Shown here one piece after another: positions 12,602 through 24,352 of a DNA stretch of 64,000 nucleotides (position 1 is its first letter; each line of letters opens with the position of its first letter). The translations under genes were made by a program, and so were the position numbers. The stretch comes from Octopus sinensis (taxonomy: Eukaryota), in the NCBI RefSeq assembly GCF_006345805.1, contig NC_042997.1:212288001-212352000 (forward strand), written 5' to 3'. The notes beneath the pieces are model-generated. The model saw only the letters and a list, made by a program, of their open reading frames with translations, was not told the DNA's origin and searched no databases.

Positions 12602-13155
12602 ATTATTTACATTATTTACATTTGATGGATATTTGTCCTCATCTTGTTTGTTGTTAACACATTTCGCTGATATACCCTCCAACTTTCATTAGGTGTCTTG
12701 GGAAAATTTCAAACTTGGGTTCTCATTCCTAAGGTATTTTTTCAATGTTATTATTATTCAGGTCACTGCCTGGAATCAAACTCGGAATCTTCGGGTTAGT
12801 AACCCGTGTTCTTAACCACTACGCCATATGCCCATGGGCATATGGCATAGTGGTTAAATGTAGAACTGGGTTCTCATTCCTATGGTATTTTTCGATGTTA
12901 TTATTATTTATTAAAGTCACTGCCTGGAATCAAACTAGGAATCTTGGGGTTAAGAATGTGGGCTGCTAACTCTGATTCCGAGTTCGATGCCAGGCAGTGA
13001 CTTTAATAAATAATAATATCAAAATATACCTTAGGAATGAGAACCCAGGTTTGAAATTTCCCTAAGATACCTGATGAAGGCTGGAGGGTATATCAGCCGA
13101 AACGTTGTGTTAACAACAAACAAGATGAGGGCAAATATCCATCAAATGTAAATAA
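12602..13155. mobile_element. Head-to-head inverted pair of a tRNA-headed element with Penelope-type hammerhead tail, plus internal inverted fragment
   Basis: 12602-12834 is the reverse complement of the unit read at 12835-12857 plus 12948-13155. Palindromic centre ATATGCCCATGGGCATAT. A box TGGC(G/A)TAGTGG, B box GTTCGAT(G/T)CC. Confidence 0.8.
13067..13110 (+). ncRNA. Minimal type I hammerhead ribozyme motif (dimer type)
   Basis: ATAC-CTGATGA-A-GGCTG-gagggtatat-CAGCC-GAAA-C-GTT-GTGT. Stem I ATAC/GTGT, core CUGAUGA and GAAA, 5-bp stem II, palindromic AACGUU stem III, GUU cleavage triplet (predicted cut after 13106). Confidence 0.7.
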
Positions 13156-13482
13156 CTAAATAATGGTTTGTTTTCACAGTAATATACAAGAAAACAACAT
13201 AAAAAATAAGCTTTATACATTTATTTATGCATTGTAAACTTCATTTCGATGTTTAATGTTGACTCTCAGAAAAGAAAAGAGAACAAGATCATCTGGTAGC
13301 ATAGTGTTGGGGTGTTTATGTCTTGGTAACTTAGTGGTTCATCAAAAGAAACCAATCAAATGAGAAGCAGGCTTGAAAAAATAAGTACTGGGGTTGATTT
13401 GGTTGACTAAAGATTCTTCAAGGTGATGCCCCAGCATGGCCAGTCTAATGACTGACATAAAAGGTAACAGATATGTCTTCAG

Positions 13483-13937
13483 GGCAGAACCGTTAGCACG
13501 TCAGGTGAAACGCTTAGCGGTATTTCGTCTGCCGTTACGTTCTGGGTTCAAATTCCGCCAAGGTCGATTTTGCCTTTCATCCTTTCAAGGTCGGTAAATT
13601 AAGTACCAGTTACGCACTGGGGTCGATATAACCGACTTAATCCGTTTGTCAGTCCTTGTTTGTCCCCTCTGTGTTTAGCCCCTTGTGGATAGTAAGATAA
13701 TATTAATCTGTTTGTCTGTCCTTGTTTGTCCCCTCTGTGTTTAGCCCCTTGTGGGTAGTAAAGAAATAGGTATTTCATCTGTCGTTACGTTCTGAGTTCA
13801 AATTCCACCGAGGTTGACTTTACCTTTCATCCTTTCGGGGTCGGTAAATTAAGTACCAGTTTCGCACTGGGTCGATGTAATCGACTTAATCCGTTTGTCT
13901 GTCCTTGTTTAGCCCCTTGTGGGTAGTAAAGAAATAG
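13483..13937 (+). mobile_element. SINE family A, one copy plus tandem partial duplications
   Basis: GGCAGAACCGTTAGCACG...GTTCAAATTCCGCC...GCCTTTCATCCTTTC...GGGGTCGAT...GTAGTAAAGAAATAG; the 3' portion is repeated. Confidence 0.85.
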
Positions 13938-14536
13938 ATATGTCTTCCAATGGGAATCCTGTTGAAAGCAAGAAATCCTTGCTTCTCTGTATTAAAGACT
14001 TTGACTGTCTTCAATGTCGTTCCAGAATTAAATGTATTGAAAGCATAAACACTTCAGCACTTTATGAGAAACACATCTTGTATAGATCATTGTGAACATC
14101 CACAAACAAATACAATTAATAGTCATACATATGTTTCTTAATTGATAATTTCTTACCATGACTGGTATGACACGCAATGTTTCTATTTGTTCTCTTCTCT
14201 TATCACTATCTTCATAAAGAACCTCTCACTGGAACATTGATGTCTATTCCCCACCACCCACTGCCCAACAATTTCTATTCATTTCTCTCTCTGTTTCCTT
14301 GTGAATGTTAATCGGGATAGCGACATGCATGGCTGATATAATGTTTGACATTGCAATGTTCAACAGCTTGAAATTAAATAAAAGAATCTTAATCATTTCG
14401 ATTTGTTATTGTCGTTTGCTTTATCAGCAGCAGTTGGATATACTTTCGTATGATACTCTCTATTAAGGAAAGAGTTTTTTCCTGTTTGTGGATGATAATG
14501 TTAGTTGCAGTAGATTTGGTTGTTTTGTTGCTGCTG

Positions 14537-14914
14537 CTTGTTGTTTGTTTGTTGAGCGAAGCGGTCTTCGTCCTCTTGGGAGAAGTCCGAAACGTGTTCC
14601 TTTGCTATTCGTAAGACCTGCAGAAGAGAAAGCAGGTCAACCCCCGACACCATCGACGGATGGATGAATGTGCATCCAGGCTCAGCGGTTGGGTAGGAAG
14701 TCGGGGACAAGAAACAGGAAGAAAGAGTGAGAGAAAGTTGGAGCGAAAGAGTACAACAGGGGTCACCCCCAACACCCCCCACCCCTGCCAGAGCCTCGTG
14801 GAGCTTTAGGTGTTTTCGCTCAATAAACACATACAACACCCGGTCTGGGAATCGAAACTGCGATGCTCCAACCGCAAGTCCGCTACCCTAACCACTGGGC
14901 CATTGCGCCTCCAC
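14537..14914 (-). mobile_element. tRNA-derived SINE family B (tail variant 1) with candidate 12-bp TSD
   Basis: Minus head GTGGAGGCGCAATGGCCCAGTGGTTAGGG...TTTCGATTCCCAGACC. TTGTTGCTGCTG at 14525-14536 and 14915-14926. Confidence 0.8.
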
Positions 14915-15476
14915 TTGTTGCTGCTGTTGTTTTTCATTGTCATGGAGATAGGCCAAGGAAGACTTTGAGGGAAAAGTAATTAGTTAATTTGTTTAAAATT
15001 TGTAATTAGTTAATTTGTTTAAAATATTGCAGTGTGTAAATGATATCATTAGCAACATTTCGTCTGTCTTGATTCTCTGAGGTTGTCTTTGCCTTTCATC
15101 CTTTCAGGGTCAATGAACCAAGTACCACTCATGTACTGGGGTTGATGTAATCAACTTAACCCCCCCCCCGCCCCACTCCTCTGGACTTGCTTGCCTTGTG
15201 CCAGATATTTGAAACAAGTATTGATATACATAATTAAACAAAAGCATTGAATTATAATTGTCCTCTGTGTGTTATTCTTCTTCAGAGTTAGTCCAGCAAT
15301 GATGTTTGTCTCATTCCGAGATTTGAGCTTTTAACACAAGTCTACAAAGAGATTATTTTTTTTTATCTCAGGCAATGCCATTCAACAGTGGATATACATT
15401 TAGTATGATATACAGATAATGTATTTTTAAGTATATCAATGTTCATTGACATTACCTTGCTTCTCACCTTCATTCC

Positions 15477-16076
15477 TTAACCCTTTAAGCATTCAGATTA
15501 CTCTGTCAAATGTAATTCTTTACTCATTTACTTGTTTCAGTCATTTGACTGCGGCCATGCTGGAGCACCGCCTTTAGTCGAGCAAATCGACTCCAGGACT
15601 TATTCTTTGTAAGCCTAGTACTTATTCTATCTGTCTCTTTTGCCGAACCACTAAGTTACGGGGGACATAAACACACCGGCATTGGTTGCCAAGCGATGTT
15701 GGGGGGACAAACACAGACACACAAACACACACACACATATATATACATATACACGATGGGCTTCTTTTCAATTTCCGTCTACCAAATCCACTCACAAGGC
15801 TTTGGTCGGCCTGAGGGTATAGTAGAAGATACTTGCCCAAGGTGCCACGTAGTGGGACTGAACCCAGAACCATGTGGTTGGTAAGCAAGCTACTTACCAC
15901 ACAGCCACTCCTGCTTATTTATTCACATTGTTTTGAATAAATCCTGGATTATCTCAAAGCTTTGAAATTTTGTTATGTTTATTTTTTAGAGTTACATTGT
16001 AGGGTAGGTGTGAGAAGCCTGATCTGACTAGTCTGAACGTAAGACAGGAAGACTATTTGGGCTGGATAAGGGTTAA
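15477..16076. mobile_element. TTAA-flanked piggyBac-type MITE interrupted by a SINE
   Basis: TTAA-CCCT at 15477 and AGGG-TTAA ending 16076; a SINE occupies 15521-15914. Confidence 0.6.
15521..15914 (-). mobile_element. tRNA/CORE-like SINE family C, full length
   Basis: Minus: GCAGGAGTGGCTGTGTGGTAAG...GGTTCAGTCCCACT...ACCTTGGGCAAGT (CORE-like), internal TA/TG microsatellite, ...GACTGAAACAAGTAAA tail. Confidence 0.85.
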
Positions 16077-16271
16077 AATGATTGGTTGGTCATGTGTTGA
16101 GAAGCAGTTGATCAGTGGTCTGATATGTGTTGGCCGAGGGCTAAACACCAACAGAGAGAGAGAGACATGACTATAGACCTGTGTGTTCTATGTCAGTATC
16201 AAGCAACCAACATTAGTTATTGGGGGTGGGCAGATGGAGCAGTGGGGTAGTTGGATGGTGGTTGATAATTT

Positions 16272-16449
16272 AGTATATTCTGTTGTGTCTGGGGAGAGTC
16301 ATTTTCTTTTTGTGCCTTACAATGTAACACACTCACCGGTAAAATTTCCACTTTTTTCTTATTTTTATTTGCTAAAATTTTACCGGTGAATGTATTACAT
16401 TATAAGGCACTGAAAGAGAATGACTCTCCCCAGACACAACTGAATATGC
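16272..16449. mobile_element. Foldback/MITE-like imperfect inverted repeat (~75-bp arms)
   Basis: TATTCTGTTGTGTCTGGGGAGAGTC...CACCGGTAAAATTT pairs with AAAATTTTACCGGTG...GACTCTCCCCAGACACAACTGAATA, with about 7-8 mismatches and a ~26-nt spacer. Confidence 0.8.
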
Positions 16450-16882
16450 TTCAACACACGAAGTCATATAAAGAATCTTGCAAATCAAATCCAAAAACAA
16501 AATGTAATTTAGTATTTTGTTCCAAAGTATGAAATCCTGATGAAATATTGTTTATAGAATCTCTAATGAATCACCTGATTAAAATTCTATCAATTACTAC
16601 TAATTAACCAAAGGAAAGATTCCAATAGAAATTTACTGAAGTTTCATCAGTTTTATTACAACATTTCTAAATGTTTCTTTTCTGAAATGGCAAACTATCA
16701 AGTCCTTATTTTTATTTACCATTTTCTGTTTGTTTTGTTTTTGTACTTGGCACTGTTAGAAATGAGAACGGTAAAGGTTCTGTGTTGAATGAGTGACATA
16801 ATTTTAATTATTATTATTTTTGTTTTTCTGGTGCTGGGATTAGTTTTGAAAAGAATTTCCAAAATATGAAGACTATGCTACT

Positions 16883-17112
16883 TTAACCCTCTCATTACCG
16901 TATTTATTTTGAGATGTTCTGTGTTTCTTTCAATTAATTTTAAATATAAACAAAGAATTTAGTAAAATAACTTAGTTATCATTAAGCTAGTGTTAGGAAC
17001 ATAAATTGTGACTAAGGTTTGGTGGAATATTTTAATTCAAAACTTATGAAAACAAGACAGTTGTACTCAGAGCGAGAGGCGGTTTCGGCCAGGTTGGTAT
17101 CTAAAGGGTTAA
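16883..17112. mobile_element. piggyBac-type MITE (~230 bp), copy 1
   Basis: TTAA-CCCT...AGGG-TTAA ends; body matches 17136-17363 and 32940-33168. Confidence 0.85.
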
Positions 17113-17135
17113 GAATTGTTTCTCTATTATATATT

Positions 17136-17363
17136 TTAACCCTTTTGTTACCATATTTCTGTAGAGATGCTCTGTGTTTCTTTCAATTACTTTAGATATA
17201 ATAAAGAATTTAACAAAATAACTTTGTTATCATTCAGCTGGTGTTAAGAACATAAATTGTGACTAAGGTTTGGGGGAAGATTTTCATTCAGAACTTTTGG
17301 AAACAAGACATTTGTACTCAAAGCCAGAGCTGGTTTCAGCCGGGTTGGTAACGAAAGGGTTAA
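17136..17363. mobile_element. piggyBac-type MITE, copy 2
   Basis: TTAACCCTTTTGTTACC...GGTAACGAAAGGGTTAA terminal inverted repeats with TTAA. Confidence 0.85.
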
Positions 17364-17835
17364 GCAAACTTTTTAAACATCTTCCTTGTAGTTTTTATTG
17401 TAAGTTCCTATTTTCTGTTACTTTCTCTTTTTCTTCTTTGTTTATGTCTGAACTTTTGTGTCTGTCTTTTTACCCTGACCCCTTCACATTCTACATCTTT
17501 GTTGTATATTGTAAAGTCATTACACTTACATGACTCTTATGTTAGAGGACATTTTTATGGATGTTCTATGATGTAGCACACTGTGCCACAGTCACTGGTG
17601 GAGCTGTCACCCGTGTTGTTTGAACTCAGAGTGGAAAAACGAATGAGATACTGCTTAGCATTTCATATGACATGTTAAGGATTCTACCATTTTGCAACCT
17701 TGGAAAAGGTTCCCAACTTGTGGCCCATTGGACCTTGGTGGTCCATGAGGGTAGTTCTGGAGGTCCGTGAACTAAATTCAGAACTTCATATATATATATA
17801 TATAAATATATATATTATATATATATATATATATA

Positions 17836-18282
17836 TCATGTGATCATGTGACCGACCAGAACATCAGATGTTGTTACACATCGCTGGTCACAATGCGTTC
17901 GCATTGTTTTAGCCCTCGAATGATGCCACCCTGCTGGCTAAGCAAGCAAGCCAACAGAAGAAAGAGTGGTGAAAGAGTACAGCAGGGATCACCACCCCCT
18001 GCCAGAGCCTCATGGAGCTTTTTAGGTGTTTTCGCTCAATAAACACTCACAACATTTGCTTAAAGTTTATCAACAAAATGTATTTTACAAGCCAAAATAT
18101 GTGGATTTACGTGACTGCTTGATCTAGATCAAGCAGTCACGTAAATCCACATATTTTGGCTTGTAAAATACATTTTGTTGATAAACTTTAAGCAAATGTT
18201 GCTTGAATTCATTGTGAATACGAGACCGCGATCCTGCGACCGTGAGTCCGCTGCCCTAACCACTGGGCCATTGCGCCTCCAC
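17836..18282 (-). mobile_element. SINE family B (tail variant 2) disrupted by a palindromic insertion
   Basis: Head at 18222-18282 and body at 17836-18053 are separated by 18054-18221, which replaces GCCCGGTCTGGGAATC seen in the intact copy near 28700. Confidence 0.85.
18050..18201. repeat. Perfect 152-bp palindrome (76-bp arms, no spacer)
   Basis: Centre GATCT|AGATC at 18125/18126; arms complementary out to CAACATTTGCT / AGCAAATGTTG. Confidence 0.95.
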
Positions 18283-18290
18283 ACACACAC

Positions 18291-18326
<36 letters not shown>

Positions 18327-19054
18327 TTACATACACATGAGGATAAGCATATTAAAAGGGATCTGTGGGGAAAACTCATTCAAAAAAAAAAAGTGGGGTC
18401 CTTTGTAGTGAAAACGTTGGGAACACCATTGGTCTTAAAGATTAGAAACTGCAAATAAAAGAAATATCATTTGGTCAGTTATGCCAAATATGGAAACACA
18501 CCTGACAGGTGGGCAGTTCTACACACCTACTTTAGAAGAGAAATATTTTTATATTCTGCAAAATCATTTCTGTAGGGTAAATTTTGTTAAAATATTTGAG
18601 TAAAGCCTAATCTAGTGTGGGTGGGCATGCTAGGACTATGGAAGATGAACTGTCAATAAATAAATGTCACAAACGTTTCAGTTGTTGTTTAGTCTCAAGT
18701 CACTCTTCATCCAACAAAGTAGTCCAGCCGTGACCATCCCTTCCTAGTTTTAATTTATGCATAATCTATCTTGGATTATTTTATCTAATGTGGTCCTGTT
18801 GTTGAGCAAGCAGTCCTATGATCTGACATTCCACTTATGACCATCTAGGACTAGATTATGCAATAAAGCTTTCCTCTTTTTTGAAAAAGAAACAGTATTG
18901 TGATTTGAGGGCGAGTTAGCTGCTATTTCTAGATCAAGCAGTCACGTAAATCCACATATTTTGGCTTGTAAAATACATTTTGTTGATAAACTTCGGCAAA
19001 TGTTGCTTGAATTCATTGTGAATACAACTTTGTCACCACAGTTGACATTCCACA

Positions 19055-19298
19055 GTGGTGGTGGTGGTGGGGGCGGCGGTAGTGTGGTGGTGGTGGTGGG
19101 GGCGGCGGTAGTGGTGGTGGTGGAAGTGGTGGTGGTAGTGGTGGTGGTAGAAGTGGTGGTGGTGGTGGCAGTGGGGGCGGCGGTGGTGGTGGTGGGGCAG
19201 TGGTGGTGGCAGTGTGGGTGATGGTGGTGGTGGCAGTGGAGGCGGCGGTGGTGGTGGTGGTGGTGGTGGGGGGCAGTGGTGGTGGTGGTGGTGGTGAT
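19055..19298. repeat. G-rich (GGT)n/(GGC)n degenerate microsatellite
   Basis: GTGGTGGTGG runs with GGGGCGGCGG interruptions. Confidence 0.9.
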
Positions 19299-19652
19299 GT
19301 AAGGTGCGTCAGGTTGTAATTGTTCTGGTTTTTTTTTTATTGATAGTGTTGTATCAGTTACTGCAAAGAAGCCAACACCCTTCGCTCATTGTTCCACATT
19401 CCCTCCAGACTATCAGAAAAGTAATTCTATATCCACCACCACTCCTTCTTTCCTCGCTCTAAATGTTACGAAAGAAATCTTTTTAACCATTTACCTGGCG
19501 CTTGGTTAAGCTTACTTCTTGTCTCATGAACAGCAACTAGTTTAATGCAGTCTGCAGCATTTCATGTGCTCAACCAAAATCATCATCATTGTCATCATCC
19601 AGTGTCTTAAATCCAGGGTTTTGTCCCCGTTGATGGGGGTGGCTGAGTATAC

Positions 19653-19917
19653 CTATTTCTTTACTAACCACAAGGAGCTAAACACAGAGAGGACAAACAA
19701 GGACAGACAAACGGATTAAGTCGATTACATCGACCCCAGTGCATAACTGGTACTTGTTTAATCGACCCCAGTGCATAACTGGTACTTGTTTAATCGACCC
19801 CGAAAGGATGAAAGGCAAAGTCGGAATTTGGCGGAATTTGATCTCAGAACGTAACGGCAGACGAAATACGGCTACGCATTTCGCCCGGCATACTAACGGT
19901 TCTGCCAGCTCGCCGCC
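19653..19917 (-). mobile_element. SINE family A with internal 32-bp tandem duplication
   Basis: Reverse complement of the family A consensus; ATCGACCCCAGTGCATAACTGGTACTTGTTTA occurs twice (19729-19792). Confidence 0.85.
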
Positions 19918-20158
19918 TTTGCCAGCTCGCCAGTATACCTCAGTGCCAGAACAACTGCTCTCACACCATGCTTTGGGGCATCCTCATTTTTCAAACCAAC
20001 CCCCCCAATCTCCTCCTCCACAAATTTGATTCTCTTAAAATCAAACTTCAATTATAACTGTGATGACATGAAAATTCATAGACAAAATGTAAGTCTGGTG
20101 ACTATTGCAGACATGTTTCAGCTTTATTGAAATTCTTCAGTGAAATAACTCTATATTA

Positions 20159-20624
20159 TACTCTTACTCGTTTCAGTCATTTGACTGCGGCCATGCTGGA
20201 GCACCGCTTTTTGTCGAGCAAATCGACCCCAGGACTACTTATTCTTTGTAAGCTTAGTACTTATTCTATCTGTCTCTTTTGCCGAACCGCTAAGTTACGG
20301 GAACGTAAACACACCAACATCGGTTGTCAAGCAATGTTGGGGGGACAAACACACACACACACACATACATACATATATATACATGTACATATATACGACA
20401 GGCTTCTTTCAGTTTCCGGACTACTTTGTTGGATCAAGAGAGACTTGATACTAAACAGCAACTGAAAGAAGCCCGTCGTATATATGTATATGTATATATA
20501 CTCACAAGGTTTTGGTCGGCCTGATGCTATAGTAGCAGACACTTGCCCAAGGTGCCACGTAGTGGGTCTGAACCCGGAACCATGTGGTTGGTAAGCAAGC
20601 TACTTACCACACAGCCACTCCTGC
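20159..20624 (-). mobile_element. SINE family C with internal rearrangement
   Basis: Tail, microsatellite and head present; 20400-20510 carries a short inverted or foreign segment. Confidence 0.8.
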
Positions 20625-20800
20625 GCCTATAGTTTGTTTTTAATATAAAGAATTTTCCATCTCTACTCCCTTTTCTTTTACTCTCTCTCTTTCTCTCTCT
20701 CTCATTCTCCTGCTTCATTCACTGGCTCCCTCACTCTCTCCCTCATCATTTTACTTGCTCTGTCTCCATCTATCACACACACACACACACACACAACGTA

Positions 20801-21014
20801 TACTCGTTTACTTGTTTCAGTCATTTGACTGCAGCCATGCTGGAGCACCGCCTTTAATCGAGCAAATCGACCCCGGGACTTATTCGTTTGTAAGCCCAGT
20901 ACTTATTCTATCAGTCTCTCTTGCCGAACCGCTAAGTGACGGGGACGTAAACACACCAGCATCGGTTGTCAAGCAATGCTAGAGGGACAAACACAGACAC
21001 ACACACAAACACAT

Positions 21015-21048
<34 letters not shown>

Positions 21049-21167
21049 TATTGGTGAATTGAAGAAATGGAGCTGAACGCAGATTGAACAGAAATCGTTT
21101 TATTTCATTCTACACGTGTTTCGAAAGGCACAAATTACTACAAGATTATTCATCTTTCTATTTCACA

Positions 21168-21222
<55 letters not shown>

Positions 21223-21750
21223 GTGAAGGCGCATGGCTCAGTGGTTAGAGCGTCGAGCTTACGATCGTGAGGTTGAGAGCTCGAATCCTGGACCGCACTG
21301 CGTGTTGTGTTCTTGAGCAAGGCACTTTATTTCACGTTGCTCCAGCTCACTCAGCTGTAGAAATGAGTTGCGACGTCACTGGTTCCAAGCTGTATCGACC
21401 TTTGTCTTTCCCTTGGATAACACTGGTGGCATGGAGAGGGGAGGCTGGTATGCATGGGCGACTGCTGGTCTTCCATAAACAACCTTGCCCGGACTTGTGT
21501 CTAGGAGGGTAACTTTCTAGGTGCAATCCCATGGTCATTCATGACCGAAGGGGGTCTTTACCCCTTTATATATATATATATATATATATACGACAGGCTT
21601 CTTTCAGTTTCCGTCTACCAAATCCACTCACAAGGCTTTGGTCGGCCCGAGGCTATAGCAGAAGACACTTGCCCAAGATGTCATGCAGTGGGACTGAACC
21701 TGGAAGCATGTGGTTGGTTAGCAAGCTACTTACCACACAGCCACTCCTGT
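20801..21750 (-). mobile_element. SINE family C split at its internal microsatellite by nested insertions
   Basis: 3' half at 20801-21020 and 5' half at 21590-21750, with AT-rich sequence and another SINE between them. Confidence 0.75.
21223..21566 (+). mobile_element. tRNA-derived SINE family D inserted in (TA)n
   Basis: GGCGCATGGCTCAGTGGTTAGAGCG...CTCGAATCC head, then GTGTTCTTGAGCAAGGCACTT domain; second copy at 46439. Confidence 0.85.
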
Positions 21751-22850
21751 GCCTATGGCAATGATTTTGCTATTTTTGTTTTGTTAAGTCTGTAAATGCA
21801 GAGATTTCTGTGAGACAACATTAACACCACCACCTCCAGCCAGAGGTGGTCCTGTGGTTATAGGTTTGGTAGTTAAGGCTTATCTCTCTCTCTCTCTCTT
21901 ATTTCAATTCCTGTTTAATATATTTCAATTCCTGTTTAAAACACTTTTCTTTTTAAACTATTGAATAAGTTAACTAAAACGTGAGAAATACAATCAGAAT
22001 TTTATAACTGAATTTATCACAAGTTCTCTGTTTTGTAAACGACAACAGAAATAAAATGCAAGTTTGGAATTTTATAAAATTTAATTCTATATTTTTAACG
22101 TTGCATTGTTTATCGTTGGCAAACCATCAAATATGGACAAGAAACAAAAGGAAAAGGTATTGCCTTCGGCCACCACTAAACCAGTTTTTGTCAAACCCTA
22201 AACCTGGTTCTCTCCTTGATTACATTACACTGCATTTATACAGTAAAATCTCTGGGTTAAAGCAGTAGCAGTAGCAGCATGTACAGTATTAGTTGTAATA
22301 TCAAATCGATCGTCTACCCTGATGTGATTATATAAACTGCTTAATTATAATTTTAGTCTTAATTGGACTTCATTGATTTTATTGCAAACTTTTAAGTTTC
22401 CTAAAAACTTCTCTTTTTCTCGGAGTATTGCTGTTGTTTTTCTAACTTTTTTCTTTTTTAATTAACTAATAATTGATTTTAGTTTTAAAATACTAAACTC
22501 ATTAAATCTTTGTGAGGAAGCAGAGATGCTCAAACATCTAATCACATGTTTATAGTACTTAGTTCCATCTGGTTACATCCTTTTAAGCCTCACCAGTGCT
22601 GTCTTTGATTCCTTATTAACAGATACAGTCTTTCTATAGAAATTTCAGGATTTCTGCCAATGTCAGAAGTCATCAACTTTCCTTTGGAAAAGGTATCAAA
22701 CAATTTTAATTAAAAGAGATTATACAACTTATATTTTAGTCCAGTTAAAGTTGCCTGAATTTCTAGAATTTTTGGTAAGTTTTGGATACAGCCTCAGGTT
22801 AGGTGTGATCCAGCTGAGGCATTCCAGCCATGACCCACTATTAAAATGGT

Positions 22851-23121
22851 ATCATCATCATCATCATCACCATTTAGCGTCCGCTTTCCATGCTAGCATG
22901 GGTTGGACGGTTCAACTGGGGTCTGTGAAGCCAGAAGGCTGCATCAGGCCCAGTCTGATCTGGCAGTGTTTCTACGGCTGGATGCCCTTCCTAACGCCAA
23001 CCGCTCCGTGAGTGTAGTGGGTGGTTTTTACGTGCCACCCGCACAGGTGCCAGACGGAGCTGGCAAACGGACACGAACGGATGGTGCTTTTACGTGCCAC
23101 CGGCATGGGGGCCAGGCGATG
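22851..23121 (-). mobile_element. RTE-like 3'-end element
   Basis: (ATC)n then TTTAGCGTCCGCTTTCCATGCTAGC...GGATGCCCTTCCTAACGCC. Confidence 0.85.
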
Positions 23122-23982
23122 CCATTTTATATACTTAAAATCATGTCAGACCTATGTAGATATTAACAGAACATTATTATATTGTATGGTTGAAGTTCTT
23201 ACTGTGGAGAATATAAACTACTATTTTAATATTTCTGTTTCATCATAACTCTTCCTTTTTGGGCCATTCTTGGATGGTGCCATTAACATATCAGTTCATC
23301 TATGGCAAGGCATTTGTTAAATCGTGATTTAAAATTTCTTTAATTCTAAAAGGATGGTGTCTCGCAACCTTTCTCATAGCACAACATAAAAGGAGAGTGG
23401 GAGGGAACCCAGTAGATGACTGGTATTTTATTATTCGATCCCAGAAAGATGAGAGGGCAAAGTTGATGTTGATGGAATTTGAATTTGGAGAACAGGAAAC
23501 TGGAGCAAATACCTGCAGGAATTCTGTTTGATTCTGGCTTTCAAACCTTTCTCTTGTGTTGCTGCCCAAAACGGTTTAAAATTCTCTGGTGATTCATAGT
23601 GATTCGTAGAAAAGCACGCAAAAACATTTATTTGTAAAGTGTCAAGTAAACCTAGACAAGTATCTAACTTGCAACAACTAGGGGGGGGGGAAGTATATGG
23701 AGTGTGGTTGAGTGTTGGTATTTTCAACATAACACCCAGGTAAAGTTGAAGAATGAACTGAGAGAAGAAGCAGCAGCTGGGTGTTAAAAGTACCGGCAGA
23801 CTGATGAGTCGGGTAATAGGGATAGGTGTGTAATGTAAATAGATAAATGTTGATTTAGTAACGATGGTAGGATGGTACAAGAAAGACTTGATGCAGAATT
23901 AGAATGTGGTTTTAGAGCAGCTTTGTGAAAATTCCAGGTGAAAGTAAACAAGGTAGAACAAAAAAGAATATATGAATTTGAA

Positions 23983-24352
23983 TGGTAAGAAGCTTGCTTC
24001 CCAAGCACATGGTTCAGGGTTCAGTCCCACTGTTTGACAACTTGAGCAAGTGTCTTCTACTATGGTCTCTGACCAACCAGAACCTTGTGAGTGGATTTGG
24101 TGGATGGAAACTGAAAGAAGCCTATCATGTATATGTTTATGTGTATCTTTGTGTCTGTGTTTGTCTCCTACTACCACTTGACAACGGATGTTGGTGTGTT
24201 TACATCCCCATAACTTAGTGGTTCAGCATAAGAGACTGACAGAATAAGTGCCAGGCTTAGAACAACAAGTATTGGGGTCAACTCATTTGACTAAAAGTTC
24301 TTCAAGGTGATGCCCCAGCATGGCCATGCTCTATTGACTGAAACATGTAGAA
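23983..24352 (+). mobile_element. SINE family C, decayed
   Basis: TGGTAAGAAGCTTGCTTCCCAAGCACATGGTTCAGGGTTCAGTCCC...GCCCCAGCATGGCC...GACTGAAAC. Confidence 0.8.

Noticed and set aside
12835-13010. Functional tRNA genes here and at 14830-14914, 21223-21295, 28700-28775, 46439-46505
   Set aside because: Only A/B boxes and partial arms are present, acceptor stems do not close, and each continues into a repeated body, so these are SINE heads.
18961-19221. Poly-Val/Gly ORF
   Set aside because: Translation of the (GGT)n microsatellite.
22621-22774. Two possible plus-strand exons (YSLSIEISGFLPMSEVINFPLEK; LKLPEFLEFL|gtaagt)
   Set aside because: They would need a 52-nt intron and give no recognisable protein; cannot be supported without RNA data.
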